Positions 1 to 7,878 of a DNA stretch of 64,000 bases are shown piece by piece; position 1 is the first letter of the stretch; every line of letters starts with the position of its first letter. A program made the position numbers and the translations under genes. Location of the stretch: NCBI GenBank assembly GCA_016708025.1, contig JADJGQ010000004.1, forward strand, positions 196,903 through 260,902. The letters run 5' to 3'. This stretch comes from a bacterium. GTDB lineage: Bacteria > Zixibacteria > MSB-5A5 > GN15 > FEB-12. The notes below the pieces were generated by a model that saw only the letters and a program-made list of their open reading frames with translations, did no database searches and was not told the origin of the DNA.

Positions 1-207
1 TCCCATGCCCAGGATCATCGTGTCGAGTCCAAAGAACCCGGCATTATGAAGATTGAGCAGGACAGTGGTCATGCCAAAGCCCAACAGGCCGAGGGGGGCT
101 GGATTGGCGGTGGTGTCTTTGATCTCAAGGAGAGACGATGATGCAGCTATCCGTTCGGTGGCGCCGTCGGTCTGCTGCGCTATGTGGAGTGATGTGTCCA
201 ATTTCAT
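1..207 (-). CDS. satP: GPR1/FUN34/YaaH-family succinate-acetate/proton symporter; only the N-terminal 69 aa are present because the gene runs off the left edge
   Basis: Absent from the ORF track because it is truncated. Reverse translation from the ATG at 207..205 gives [12 protein letters not shown]...[41 protein letters not shown]. The NPAPLGL-GFGMTT-LLNLHN-G block matches the N-terminal signature of E. coli SatP/YaaH. Confidence 0.85.
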   Translation of the reverse strand, partial: MKLDTSLHIAQQTDGATERIAASSSLLEIKDTTANPAPLGLLGFGMTTVLLNLHNAGFFGLDTMILGMG

Positions 208-356
208 GAAAGTAGGATACTAGGGAGAGGCGAATTCGGCAATACTGAATAGAGGGAAATTGCCAAATTGCTGCAAGCGATTGGGAAACAATGAGACAGG
301 ACGGTCATCTGTCCGGTCTGACGACCGCATCCGGGCCAGGAGTCAGCCGGCGGATC

Positions 357-635
357 TCAGTTCGTATGCTTTTTCATGAGGTCATCGACCTCTTCGCGCG
401 AGAAGCTGTTCAGTTGGATCACGCGCGCTTTGGGGCGATAGACCGGCGGGACCATCATGAGTGCTTCGTGTTTGGTATCAACCTCGACGACAATTCGAGC
501 GGTGTGGTCACCGTCATAACATCCGTAGTCGGCGTGCGTCAGTAAATGCGAGCCGGTATCCTGAAGAACGCGTACGGCTCTGAGGCAGGCGATAGTCTCG
601 GCCTCGTGCGGGATCTCAATGTAGAATCTGGGCAT
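357..635 (-). CDS. hypothetical small protein (92 aa)
   Basis: Clean ORF with an ATG start and no competing frame. I recognised no motif. Confidence 0.5.
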   Translation of the reverse strand: MPRFYIEIPHEAETIACLRAVRVLQDTGSHLLTHADYGCYDGDHTARIVVEVDTKHEALMMVPPVYRPKARVIQLNSFSREEVDDLMKKHTN

Positions 636-815
636 ATGGGAAGTCCTCTCCTCATAGCATGTGGTGTCTGTTTGTTGGGATCGTCGACCCTCAGCCCGGT
701 GACGTAAAATAGAGCATTATAATCCATAATACAACAGGAAAATGGTTGGTCGGTGCAAGGCAGGGGAAAAGAGCTTTTGCTTTCGCACGGCTCGACTACC
801 TGCTATGTTTTATAG

Positions 816-1571
816 ATGGCTATCGCAGAGTCACCTATTCTGGAAATTCACGATCTGACCAAGCGGTATGGTACGGTCACGGCGGTGGACCATATTTCGT
901 TTGCCGTCAAGCAGGGGGAGATTATCGGCTTGCTTGGGCCGAATGGGGCGGGGAAATCCACCACCATCAATATGATCCTGGGGATACTGGAGCCGACCGA
1001 GGGGAGGATTCGGGTTTTTGGCAAGGAGCTGGCCAAGGAGCGGTCGGCGATATCAAACCAGGTCAATTTCGCTGCGGTGTATGCCCATGTGCCGCTAAAC
1101 CTGACGGTGCGGCAGAACCTTCGCGTGTTCGCTCTGCTTTATGGCGTGAAGGAATCGCGACAGCGAGTGAATAAATTGCTCAAAGAGTTCGACCTTGAGG
1201 TGTTTGCAGATTCGAAGGCCGGGCTGTTGTCTTCCGGTGAATTGAGTCGGTTGAGCCTAGCGAAAGCGGTGGTCAATGAGCCGCGGTTGTTGCTCCTGGA
1301 CGAACCGACCGCTTCGCTCGATCCGAGTATTGCCCAGATGATCCGGGAACGGATCCAGGGGTATGCACGGGAGCGGGGGACTGCGGTACTCTGGACCTCA
1401 CACAACATGCGGGAGATCGAGTCGGTGTGTGATCGGGTGCTCTTCCTATCGCATGGTAAGATACTGCTGTCGGGCGATCCGCGAACAGTGGCGAAGGAGT
1501 ATGGGAAAAAGGATCTGGAAGAGCTGTTTATCGCGGTGGCGCGAGAGCCGCTGTCTTTGAGGGAGGAGTGA
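816..1571 (+). CDS. ABC transporter ATP-binding protein (ABC-2/drug-exporter type)
   Basis: Walker A GPNGAGKST, signature LSSGELSRLSLA and Walker B LLLLDEPTASLD. It lies 1 nt from the downstream permease. Confidence 0.9.
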   Translation: MAIAESPILEIHDLTKRYGTVTAVDHISFAVKQGEIIGLLGPNGAGKSTTINMILGILEPTEGRIRVFGKELAKERSAISNQVNFAAVYAHVPLNLTVRQNLRVFALLYGVKESRQRVNKLLKEFDLEVFADSKAGLLSSGELSRLSLAKAVVNEPRLLLLDEPTASLDPSIAQMIRERIQGYARERGTAVLWTSHNMREIESVCDRVLFLSHGKILLSGDPRTVAKEYGKKDLEELFIAVAREPLSLREE

Positions 1572-1572
1572 G

Positions 1573-2382
1573 ATGTCGGCCAGCCGCGTGTACGCCATCT
1601 TCCTCCGCCAGATGTATCTTATCGCCGGGAATCCGACCCGGCTGTCATCGGTCTTTCTCTGGTTGCTGATCGATGTAGTGCAGTGGGGATTTGTCCGGAA
1701 GTACCTGACGACATTCGGCGAAGCAACCTTCAGTTTTGTCACGGTCATACTCGGGGCGATCATTTTCTTCGAATTTTGTGCCCGAATACAGCACGGGATC
1801 ATGACCAGTTTTCTGGAGGATATCTGGAGTCAGAATCTGATCAACTACTTTGCCTCGCCGCTGAAGTTGACAGAGTATCTCAGTGGGCTGGTGCTGACCA
1901 GTATCGTCACGGCGGTGGCGGGATTGTCGGCTATGGTGTTATTGGCGGGGGTTGCGTTTGGGTATGATGTGCTCGCGATGGGGATGCTGATCATGCCGTT
2001 TATGGTAATCTTGTTTCTGTTTGGTGCGGCTATGGGGGTTTTTGTATCGGGCGTGATCCTGCGATTCGGCCCGACTGCAGAATGGTTGGGGTGGCCGATC
2101 CCGTTTTTGTTGTCAGTTTTTGTGGGGGTTTACTATCCGATTGCCACGCTTCCCCAGGCGATGCAGGTCATAGCGCGGTTGATCCCGGCGAGTTATGTTT
2201 TTGAGAGTATGCGGGCGATCCTGTCGGGAGAGGCGGCCGTGGAGCGACTCTGGGTGAATTTGATCGTGGCGGGAGTGCTGGCAGTCGTTTATCTCGTCGG
2301 GGCGTACGCCTTTTTTGTGCGGATATATAAGCGGAATCTTCGGACTGGAGCGATCGCGCGGTTCAGCGCCGAGTCGCTCTGA
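1573..2382 (+). CDS. ABC-2 type transporter permease
   Basis: 269-aa hydrophobic protein with about 6 predicted TM segments, immediately after the ATPase (stop 1571, start 1573). Confidence 0.8.
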   Translation: MSASRVYAIFLRQMYLIAGNPTRLSSVFLWLLIDVVQWGFVRKYLTTFGEATFSFVTVILGAIIFFEFCARIQHGIMTSFLEDIWSQNLINYFASPLKLTEYLSGLVLTSIVTAVAGLSAMVLLAGVAFGYDVLAMGMLIMPFMVILFLFGAAMGVFVSGVILRFGPTAEWLGWPIPFLLSVFVGVYYPIATLPQAMQVIARLIPASYVFESMRAILSGEAAVERLWVNLIVAGVLAVVYLVGAYAFFVRIYKRNLRTGAIARFSAESL

Positions 2383-2740
2383 TCAGTCGAGATATTACCT
2401 GAAAAGCGGCCCCAAAAAAAGAACCTGCCAAGGAGAAATGCAGGGGGGGAGGGGGGAACTGCAATCCAGCCAAAGCAGGCTCAAATTTTTCAGCGCCAAG
2501 TGTGATGTAGGAGCAGACGGATTATCAGTCAGGTTAGACTACCTCTACCCCTTTTCAACAAATGCGAGGGTGCCACTGGGCGCCTCACGAATATCTAACA
2601 ATCAAAGTCGCAGCGCAACGGTGAATTTTGGGTTACATAATGGGTACTGTGACGTACCCTATGCAAGAAACAGATAATCATTGGTCTTGATGTCGCCGTT
2701 CGTGTGCTAATGCGTTGTATAACAATATATTGGGGCGTTC

Positions 2741-4030
2741 TCATACGGTTCCGTCACTGTCAGTTTCTGTCAGTACGGCAATTGATGAGAGGTAAGTAGC
2801 GAGATTTGCCTCAGAATTTTGTAATCCGAGCTTGCGACGGATCACTTTTCGTTGTTTGAGGACGGTTTGAACCGAGCTATTGCGGACTCCGGCAATCTCT
2901 TTACTGCTGTACCCGCGACGGATCAGGCTGCAGATCTGGATCTCCTGGGGGGTCAGGTGGCGGAATTTCTGTTCAAGGCGACTGACCAGCGGTGAAGTGA
3001 TCTCCTGCAGGCTTGAGCTGATCAGGTTCATATACTCTGCACAGCGGCCATCCACTTTCCCTTTCATATGTTCGAACAGCGGCATGACGACGCGGTCGAT
3101 GTTGGCCTGGATCTGCATGGCGGCGGCCCGTCGGCTTTCGCCGATCTGGTCGAGCAGGTCCTGTTGAAAGAGGTTCTTGCGTTGCAGGGTCTCGCGTTCG
3201 ATGGTGAGCTGGTCATTGGCCGCTTTAAGCTCCTGGGTTCGTTCGGCGATCTTTTTGGCGAGATCCTGCTGGGCCAGACGGAGTTGCTCCTCTGCCTCCT
3301 TATTGGCGGTGAGGTCAATATTGTGTATTTGCACCTGATTGGGTGGGATAAAGACGTAGTAGGCGCGCACGTACTTTTGCCCAGAGATCGACTTCATTTG
3401 ATAGAGCATTTCGCGCTGCACGACCTCGCGGGACTCCAGACATGTCCGCAAATCGGACATGATCTCCGACTGCTCGCCATAGAGAGCGGACGCTCGCAGG
3501 CCGATAAGTTTTGCCGCGCCGCCCAGGGTCATTGAAGCGGCGGCTTCGTTATAGCTGACCAGCTTGAAATCTGTTCCTGTCTGCTCCCAGGTAAATGTTG
3601 GGAGCGGGAGAGCGAGAAACTGGAGGCGGAAACGTTCCTCGGATTGTTGGAGGGCGATCTGTGTTTCGCGCTGTTGTGTGACGTTGCGCAGCAGCGTCAC
3701 AACATACTGAACCTTCTCTTCAATCACGATCGGCAGCAGTTCCACTTCAACAGTCAGTTGCTTCTTACCAAAGTGATAGAGTGACTCAGAGCGAAGCGGC
3801 TGAGCTGTGTCGAGAACGACCTGATAGTTGTCCTTGACCCGTTGGGGAAGGAAGCTAAAGACCTCGAACATTGGTCGGCCGATTAGGTCATCGACTTTCC
3901 AGTCAAATTCGGTGTTCCAGCGGCCAAGCGCCTGATTGCAGAAGACCATGCGGAAATCGCGGTCGACCACTATCACGGGCAGACTGATGGTGTTGACTGT
4001 ATGGCGTAATAGCGAAAGTTCATCAGGCAT
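2741..4030 (-). CDS. PAS-domain sensor fused to a LuxR/FixJ-type helix-turn-helix transcriptional regulator
   Basis: Two PAS-like N-terminal segments, a coiled-coil linker (QLRLAQQDLAKKIAERTQELKAANDQL) and a C-terminal LuxR HTH (LTPQEIQICSLIRRGYSSKEIAG...SVQTVLKQRKVIRRKLG). Confidence 0.8.
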   Translation of the reverse strand: MPDELSLLRHTVNTISLPVIVVDRDFRMVFCNQALGRWNTEFDWKVDDLIGRPMFEVFSFLPQRVKDNYQVVLDTAQPLRSESLYHFGKKQLTVEVELLPIVIEEKVQYVVTLLRNVTQQRETQIALQQSEERFRLQFLALPLPTFTWEQTGTDFKLVSYNEAAASMTLGGAAKLIGLRASALYGEQSEIMSDLRTCLESREVVQREMLYQMKSISGQKYVRAYYVFIPPNQVQIHNIDLTANKEAEEQLRLAQQDLAKKIAERTQELKAANDQLTIERETLQRKNLFQQDLLDQIGESRRAAAMQIQANIDRVVMPLFEHMKGKVDGRCAEYMNLISSSLQEITSPLVSRLEQKFRHLTPQEIQICSLIRRGYSSKEIAGVRNSSVQTVLKQRKVIRRKLGLQNSEANLATYLSSIAVLTETDSDGTV

Positions 4031-4275
4031 GCGACATCAGCTCCAATCCCTTACAGGTGCGACTATTATCTTAAGAAAACAAGTGAGGCTGAGGGGATAT
4101 CTTTTCTTCTCGTGGAGTCATCCGGCTATCTTAAAATCTATTCCAATCTAATCGCGAAATATATCTGGGACGAGATTCATCACGACGTTTACGGCATGGA
4201 TGCGGCTGGCCTTTTGACCTGCCGTGTTTGTACTCTTCCATATTCAGGCGGCTTCGGCCGTAAGGAAAGGTAGAA

Positions 4276-4794
4276 GTGAAAACGTTAGTGACAATGCTTA
4301 GCGCGTTGCTGCTGTGCGGCACAGTGGCGTTGGCTCAGCCGGATTCGATCGTCATTCTGCATACGAATGACACCCATGCGCATCTCTTGCCGTATGGGCC
4401 CAAGGACGCTGCGGGAAATTGGCAGTGGGGCGGATTTGCCCGAGTGGCGACGGTCATGCGTACCTTCGTGCGGGGCTTCTTCGGGGACTTTATGTTCCAG
4501 GAGTATCTGAGCATTCCTGAACTGAGTTTGATGAAGGCGATGGGATATGATGCCATTGCTTTGGGGAATCATGAGTTTGACCTTTTTCCTTCGACGTTGA
4601 TGTACATGCTCAGTCAGGCAGGATTGCCCGATCCGTCCATGCCTGTGTTATGCGCGAATCTGGATCTCAGCGGTGAGCCGGGAATGGGTTACTTCGTACA
4701 ACCATACACGATCAGAGAGTATGGAGGAACCGGTTGGCTTGTTTGCGACGTGCAAATGGGTGGTGGCGTGGAGGGTGGTTGTACTGCGGGTTAG
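4276..4794 (+). pseudogene. truncated 5'-nucleotidase/UshA-family metallophosphoesterase (N-terminal 172 aa only)
   Basis: GTG start after AAGGAAAGG. Signal peptide MKTLVTMLSALLLCGTVALA. Metallophosphoesterase motifs ILHTNDTHAHL and LGNHEFD. Family members are normally around 500 aa or more, but this frame decays after about 4740 and runs into the G-homopolymer region. Confidence 0.6.
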
Positions 4795-5008
4795 TTGCTG
4801 GTTGACTATTTGATAGTGGGCGGGCGCCTTACTGGGGGCGGTCGAGGTCAACGGCGGGAAATTCACCGGCGTTTGGTGGTCATATTGCCGGACGACTCTG
4901 TGTTGAAGGTGGTGAGTCGCGGATTTGACTACTACCCAATGGCGATTGACCATCTCCCGGAGGAGCCGACTATTGCCGGGGATGCTGGATGGGGATGGGC
5001 AGACCCTC

Positions 5009-5283
5009 GGGGGGGGGGCCGGCAGGAACGCGGGGGGGCGGCGGCCGGCGGCGGGGGGGGGGGGGTTTGTCGGCGCCGGAATTGGGGACCCGGAAAGTTC
5101 GCGTTTTGAGATGCCGGTCGTTTAGGGGGGGGAAAAACAAAGAAGGGGGGGTCCCCCGGTGGTGGGACAGCGCGGGGGGGGGATTTGAAAAGACGGGGGC
5201 CGCGGTCGCGGCTGGGGTTCCCCGCGGTGAGGCGGGGCTGAAGGCCAAATTGCCAAAAAGGTTGGCGGGGGGGGGGGGGGGGG
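5009..5283 (+). repeat. cluster of seven G homopolymers (7-17 nt), all on the + strand
   Basis: Runs counted directly: G10 5009-5018, G7 5032-5038, G13 5053-5065, G8 5125-5132, G7 5145-5151, G9 5174-5182, G17 5267-5283. No credible coding frame on either strand. Confidence 0.9.
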
Positions 5284-5372
5284 AGGGGCCCGGAAGGAGT
5301 GCCCCTGCCTGATTGGCTGTTCAGGAAGTTAACATTCCAGCGATCTGCCAATAGAGACTGATAGAATCCATC

Positions 5373-5400
5373 TTGACAAAAACGAGCTTTCCGGTATACT
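5373..5400 (+). promoter_or_regulatory. sigma70-type promoter of the tyrosine-operon leader
   Basis: TTGACA (5373-5378), 16-nt spacer, TATACT (5395-5400). It lies about 25 nt upstream of the leader ORF start. Confidence 0.6.
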
Positions 5401-5425
5401 GAGACTGTCAGGAGACAGAATTCAG

Positions 5426-5539
5426 ATGGTAGTCCAGACTTCCTACATAGCACCGCAATCCAATCCGAACGAAGAGGCGCGATACTGCGCGTCCTATTAT
5501 TACTCTCTTTACCCGGTGGTGGGCGGCATGGAAGTCTGA
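5426..5539 (+). CDS. candidate tyrosine-rich leader peptide (37 aa): MVVQTSYIAPQSNPNEEARYCASYYYSLYPVVGGMEV
   Basis: Absent from the ORF track because it is under 60 aa. AGGAGA (5410-5415) lies 10 nt before the ATG at 5426, and the TGA stop is at 5537-5539. Six of 37 codons are Tyr, including three consecutive ones (TAT TAT TAC, 5495-5503) and TAC at 5510. The ORF sits between the promoter and an intrinsic terminator, upstream of aroH-aroF-tyrA. Confidence 0.6.
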   Translation: MVVQTSYIAPQSNPNEEARYCASYYYSLYPVVGGMEV

Positions 5540-5575
5540 GCAGATCAGACCAAGACCAGAGCAGGCCCGCTACCG
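5514..5575 (+). promoter_or_regulatory. putative antiterminator pairing, mutually exclusive with the leader terminator
   Basis: CGGUGGUGGGC (5514-5524, leader codons 30-33) is complementary to GCCCGCUACCG (5565-5575) over 11 bp (9 Watson-Crick plus 2 G-U). The second segment contains most of the 5' arm of the terminator. Confidence 0.5.
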
Positions 5576-5595
5576 CAAGGAAGCGGGCCTTTTTC
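5563..5595 (+). terminator. intrinsic terminator (attenuator) upstream of aroH
   Basis: AGGCCCGCU (5563-5571) pairs with AGCGGGCCU (5582-5590). An inner CC/GG pair closes a GCAA tetraloop, followed by TTTTT (5591-5595). It lies 33 nt before the aroH ATG. Confidence 0.75.
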
Positions 5596-5627
5596 ATGAG
5601 TGATCTTACGAAGACGAGGAACAGCAA

Positions 5628-6005
5628 ATGATGGCCGTACGGGGTATTCGTGGAGCGGTGACGGTGGCAGCCAACAGCAAAGAGGCGATCACTTCGGCGA
5701 CGCGCGAGTTGTTGAACGCAATCGTCGCGGAGAATCAGCTTGAGCCGGACGATATCGCGGGGATCATGTTCACCTCGACGCCGGACCTGACGGCGGAATT
5801 CCCGGCATATGCCGTTCGCGGGCTTCACTGGCCGACGGTGCCACTTCTCTGTGCACAGGAAATAGATGTTCCGGGCGCTATGCAATCGGTGGTGCGAGTA
5901 TTACTGCTCGTGAATACCACCAGAACACCGCAAGAGATCAAACATCAATATCTGGGTGAGGCGAGGCAGTTACGCCCCGACCTGACCGAAGGAGATCCGG
6001 CATGA
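5628..6005 (+). CDS. aroH: chorismate mutase, AroH class
   Basis: MMAVRGIRGAVTV...TSTPDLTAEFPAYAVR...LRPDL is collinear with B. subtilis AroH (MMIRGIRGATTV...SATPDLHAVFPAKAVR...LRPDL). 125 aa. Confidence 0.9.
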   Translation: MMAVRGIRGAVTVAANSKEAITSATRELLNAIVAENQLEPDDIAGIMFTSTPDLTAEFPAYAVRGLHWPTVPLLCAQEIDVPGAMQSVVRVLLLVNTTRTPQEIKHQYLGEARQLRPDLTEGDPA

Positions 6006-7015
6006 TCATCGTAATGCGTTCGGATGCCACCGAAGAACGGCTGCAGCATGTTCTGGAACGGGTGCAGGAGTTGGGCTTTCGCCCACATCTGTCCCGTGGC
6101 GAGAAAAAGACGATCATCGGCGTGGTAGGCAATGGCAAGGTAGTCGATCCTGCCATTTTTCAGTCGTTGATCGGGGTCGAGTCAGTGGTGCCGATCCTCA
6201 AGCCATTCAAATTGTCGAGCAGGGAGTTCAAACCTGAGACCTCGGTCATTTCTATTGGCAATGTCAAAATAGGCGGGGAACAGGTAGTTGTGATGGCGGG
6301 TCCCTGCGCGGTTGAAACGCGAGACCAGATGATGGCCTCGGCAGAGGCTGTCGCCAAGGCGGGGGCGAAGATACTGCGCGGCGGGGCGTTCAAACCGAGA
6401 ACGTCGCCCTACAGCTTCCAGGGACTGGGTGAGCCGGGACTGGTCATCCTGAAGGAAGTGGGTGAGCAGTTCGGGTTGCCGATCGTCACCGAGGTGGTCT
6501 CACCACAAGATGTTGCGTTAGTCGCGAGCTATGCGGATGTTCTTCAGGTGGGAGCGCGCAATATGCAGAACTTCTCGCTACTTGAGGAGTGCGGCAAAAG
6601 TCATAAGCCGGTATTGCTCAAGCGGGGGTTGATGGCGACGATCGAAGAACTGCTGATGTCGGCAGAGTATATCCTGTCCAACGGAAATCCCAATGTGCTC
6701 TTATGTGAGCGGGGGATCAGGAGTTTCGAGAAGTGGACACGCAACACGCTGGATATCTCGGCGGTGCCGATTCTCAAGCAGTTGAGCCATTTGCCGGTGA
6801 TCGTCGATCCGAGCCACGCGGTCGGAAGGCGCGAATTGGTTGGGCCGGTATCCAAGGGGTCGATCGCTACTGGTGCTGACGGATTGATAATTGAAGTACA
6901 CCCCGATCCGGAACGGGCGCTTTCCGATGGTGTGCAGAGTATGTATCCGGCAGATTTTGCCGAACTAATGGATGATCTGGAACATATTGCACAGGCAGTC
7001 AAGCGAACGATATGA
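6002..7015 (+). CDS. aroF: 3-deoxy-7-phosphoheptulonate (DAHP) synthase, type I-beta, with an N-terminal ferredoxin-like regulatory domain
   Basis: 337 aa. The N-terminal ~70 aa (MIIVMRSDATEERLQHVLERVQELGF...) resemble the ACT/FL regulatory domain of Thermotoga-type DAHPS. Core motifs are GPCAVE, LRGGAFKPRTSPYSFQG, LQVGARNMQN and VIVDPSHA. It overlaps the aroH stop by 4 nt. Confidence 0.9.
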   Translation: MIIVMRSDATEERLQHVLERVQELGFRPHLSRGEKKTIIGVVGNGKVVDPAIFQSLIGVESVVPILKPFKLSSREFKPETSVISIGNVKIGGEQVVVMAGPCAVETRDQMMASAEAVAKAGAKILRGGAFKPRTSPYSFQGLGEPGLVILKEVGEQFGLPIVTEVVSPQDVALVASYADVLQVGARNMQNFSLLEECGKSHKPVLLKRGLMATIEELLMSAEYILSNGNPNVLLCERGIRSFEKWTRNTLDISAVPILKQLSHLPVIVDPSHAVGRRELVGPVSKGSIATGADGLIIEVHPDPERALSDGVQSMYPADFAELMDDLEHIAQAVKRTI

Positions 7016-7875
7016 AGAAATTTGGCGAGATGACCGGGCTGATAGTTGGTCTTGGACAGATCGGCGGTTCGATCGGGATGGAATTAGTGGGGCGACGGGT
7101 GGTCGCGCGAGTGATCGGGTTTGATGCGAATCGGGGGAGTATGTCCCGCGCCCTGGAGCGGCATGCGGTCGACCAGACCTCGGCGACTCTCAGAGCGGGT
7201 CTTGCGCAGGCCGATATGGTGATCCTCGCGACTCCGATCGACGTCACACTGCGTCTGCTTCCAACTGTGTTGGAAGTCCTCCCGAAGGGGAGTCTGTGTC
7301 TGGATGTTGCCAGCACGAAGGGGGGGATCATGCAATTGGTGCAGAAGCTGAAACCATCCGCGGGGTATGTTTCGCTTCATCCGATCGCCGGTACCGAAGG
7401 GACTGGGATCGAATCTTCACAGACCGGACTTTTTCAGGATAGGATCATAACATTCACTCAGGATAAAAGTGCATCATCGGCGCAGGTCAGGCTTGTTAAG
7501 CAGATGATACAGGCGATCGGCGGGAAGCCGTTGTTGATCGGCGCCAAGCGGCATGACCATCTACTGGCGCAGACAAGTCACCTTCCGTATGCGATCGCGA
7601 CGGCGCTTGTGCAGGTGGTAGCGGAGACCGGTCGAAGCGACAAGTTGCTCCAGCGATTGGCGGGCGGGAGTTTGCAGAGCGCAACGCGTGTGGCGAAGTC
7701 ATCGCCGGAGTTGACGCAGAATCTCCTGCAGAGCAATCGGGCGGAAGTGTGCGGCGCGATAGGGAGAATGGAAACGGAGCTGTCCAGATTGCGCAAGATG
7801 ATCCAGTCGAACGATAGTCAAGCGCTAGCGCAGTATGTTAAATCGGCTCACAAACGGGCAATTAAAGGGAAGTAG
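7012..7875 (+). CDS. tyrA: prephenate (or arogenate) dehydrogenase
   Basis: Rossmann motif GLGQIGGSIG, then HPIAGTE and the SHLPYAIA motifs typical of TyrA. It overlaps the aroF stop by 4 nt. Confidence 0.85.
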   Translation: MKKFGEMTGLIVGLGQIGGSIGMELVGRRVVARVIGFDANRGSMSRALERHAVDQTSATLRAGLAQADMVILATPIDVTLRLLPTVLEVLPKGSLCLDVASTKGGIMQLVQKLKPSAGYVSLHPIAGTEGTGIESSQTGLFQDRIITFTQDKSASSAQVRLVKQMIQAIGGKPLLIGAKRHDHLLAQTSHLPYAIATALVQVVAETGRSDKLLQRLAGGSLQSATRVAKSSPELTQNLLQSNRAEVCGAIGRMETELSRLRKMIQSNDSQALAQYVKSAHKRAIKGK

Positions 7876-7878
7876 CAG

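Noticed and set aside
2383-2740. SRP (4.5S) RNA or another housekeeping ncRNA, suggested by a GUCAGGU motif, and the 120-aa ORF 2315..2677
   Set aside because: The motif is not followed by the conserved CCGGAAGGAAGCAGCC domain IV sequence. No RNase P or 6S signatures are seen. The ORF starts inside the permease gene in another frame, has odd composition and has no RBS.
5401-5595. T-box riboswitch upstream of the aromatic amino-acid operon (the GGUGGU sequence at 5515-5520 recalls the T-box core)
   Set aside because: I could not find the extended T-box consensus (..GGGUGGUACCGCG..), a Stem I with specifier loop, or the AG-bay and distal-loop motifs. The leader is also only about 190 nt. The GGUGGU segment is fully explained as one strand of the antiterminator, and a translatable Tyr-rich ORF with a good RBS covers it. 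An Infernal scan should still be run.
4932-5885. 317-aa minus-strand ORF, the longest ORF in this region, rich in Pro and Arg
   Set aside because: It is the complement of the poly-G block (poly-C reads as poly-Pro). It has low-complexity composition, and it runs antisense through the promoter, leader and 5' end of the well-supported aroH gene. The Gly-rich + strand ORFs at 4795..5109, 4925..5125 and 4989..5312 are rejected for the same reason.
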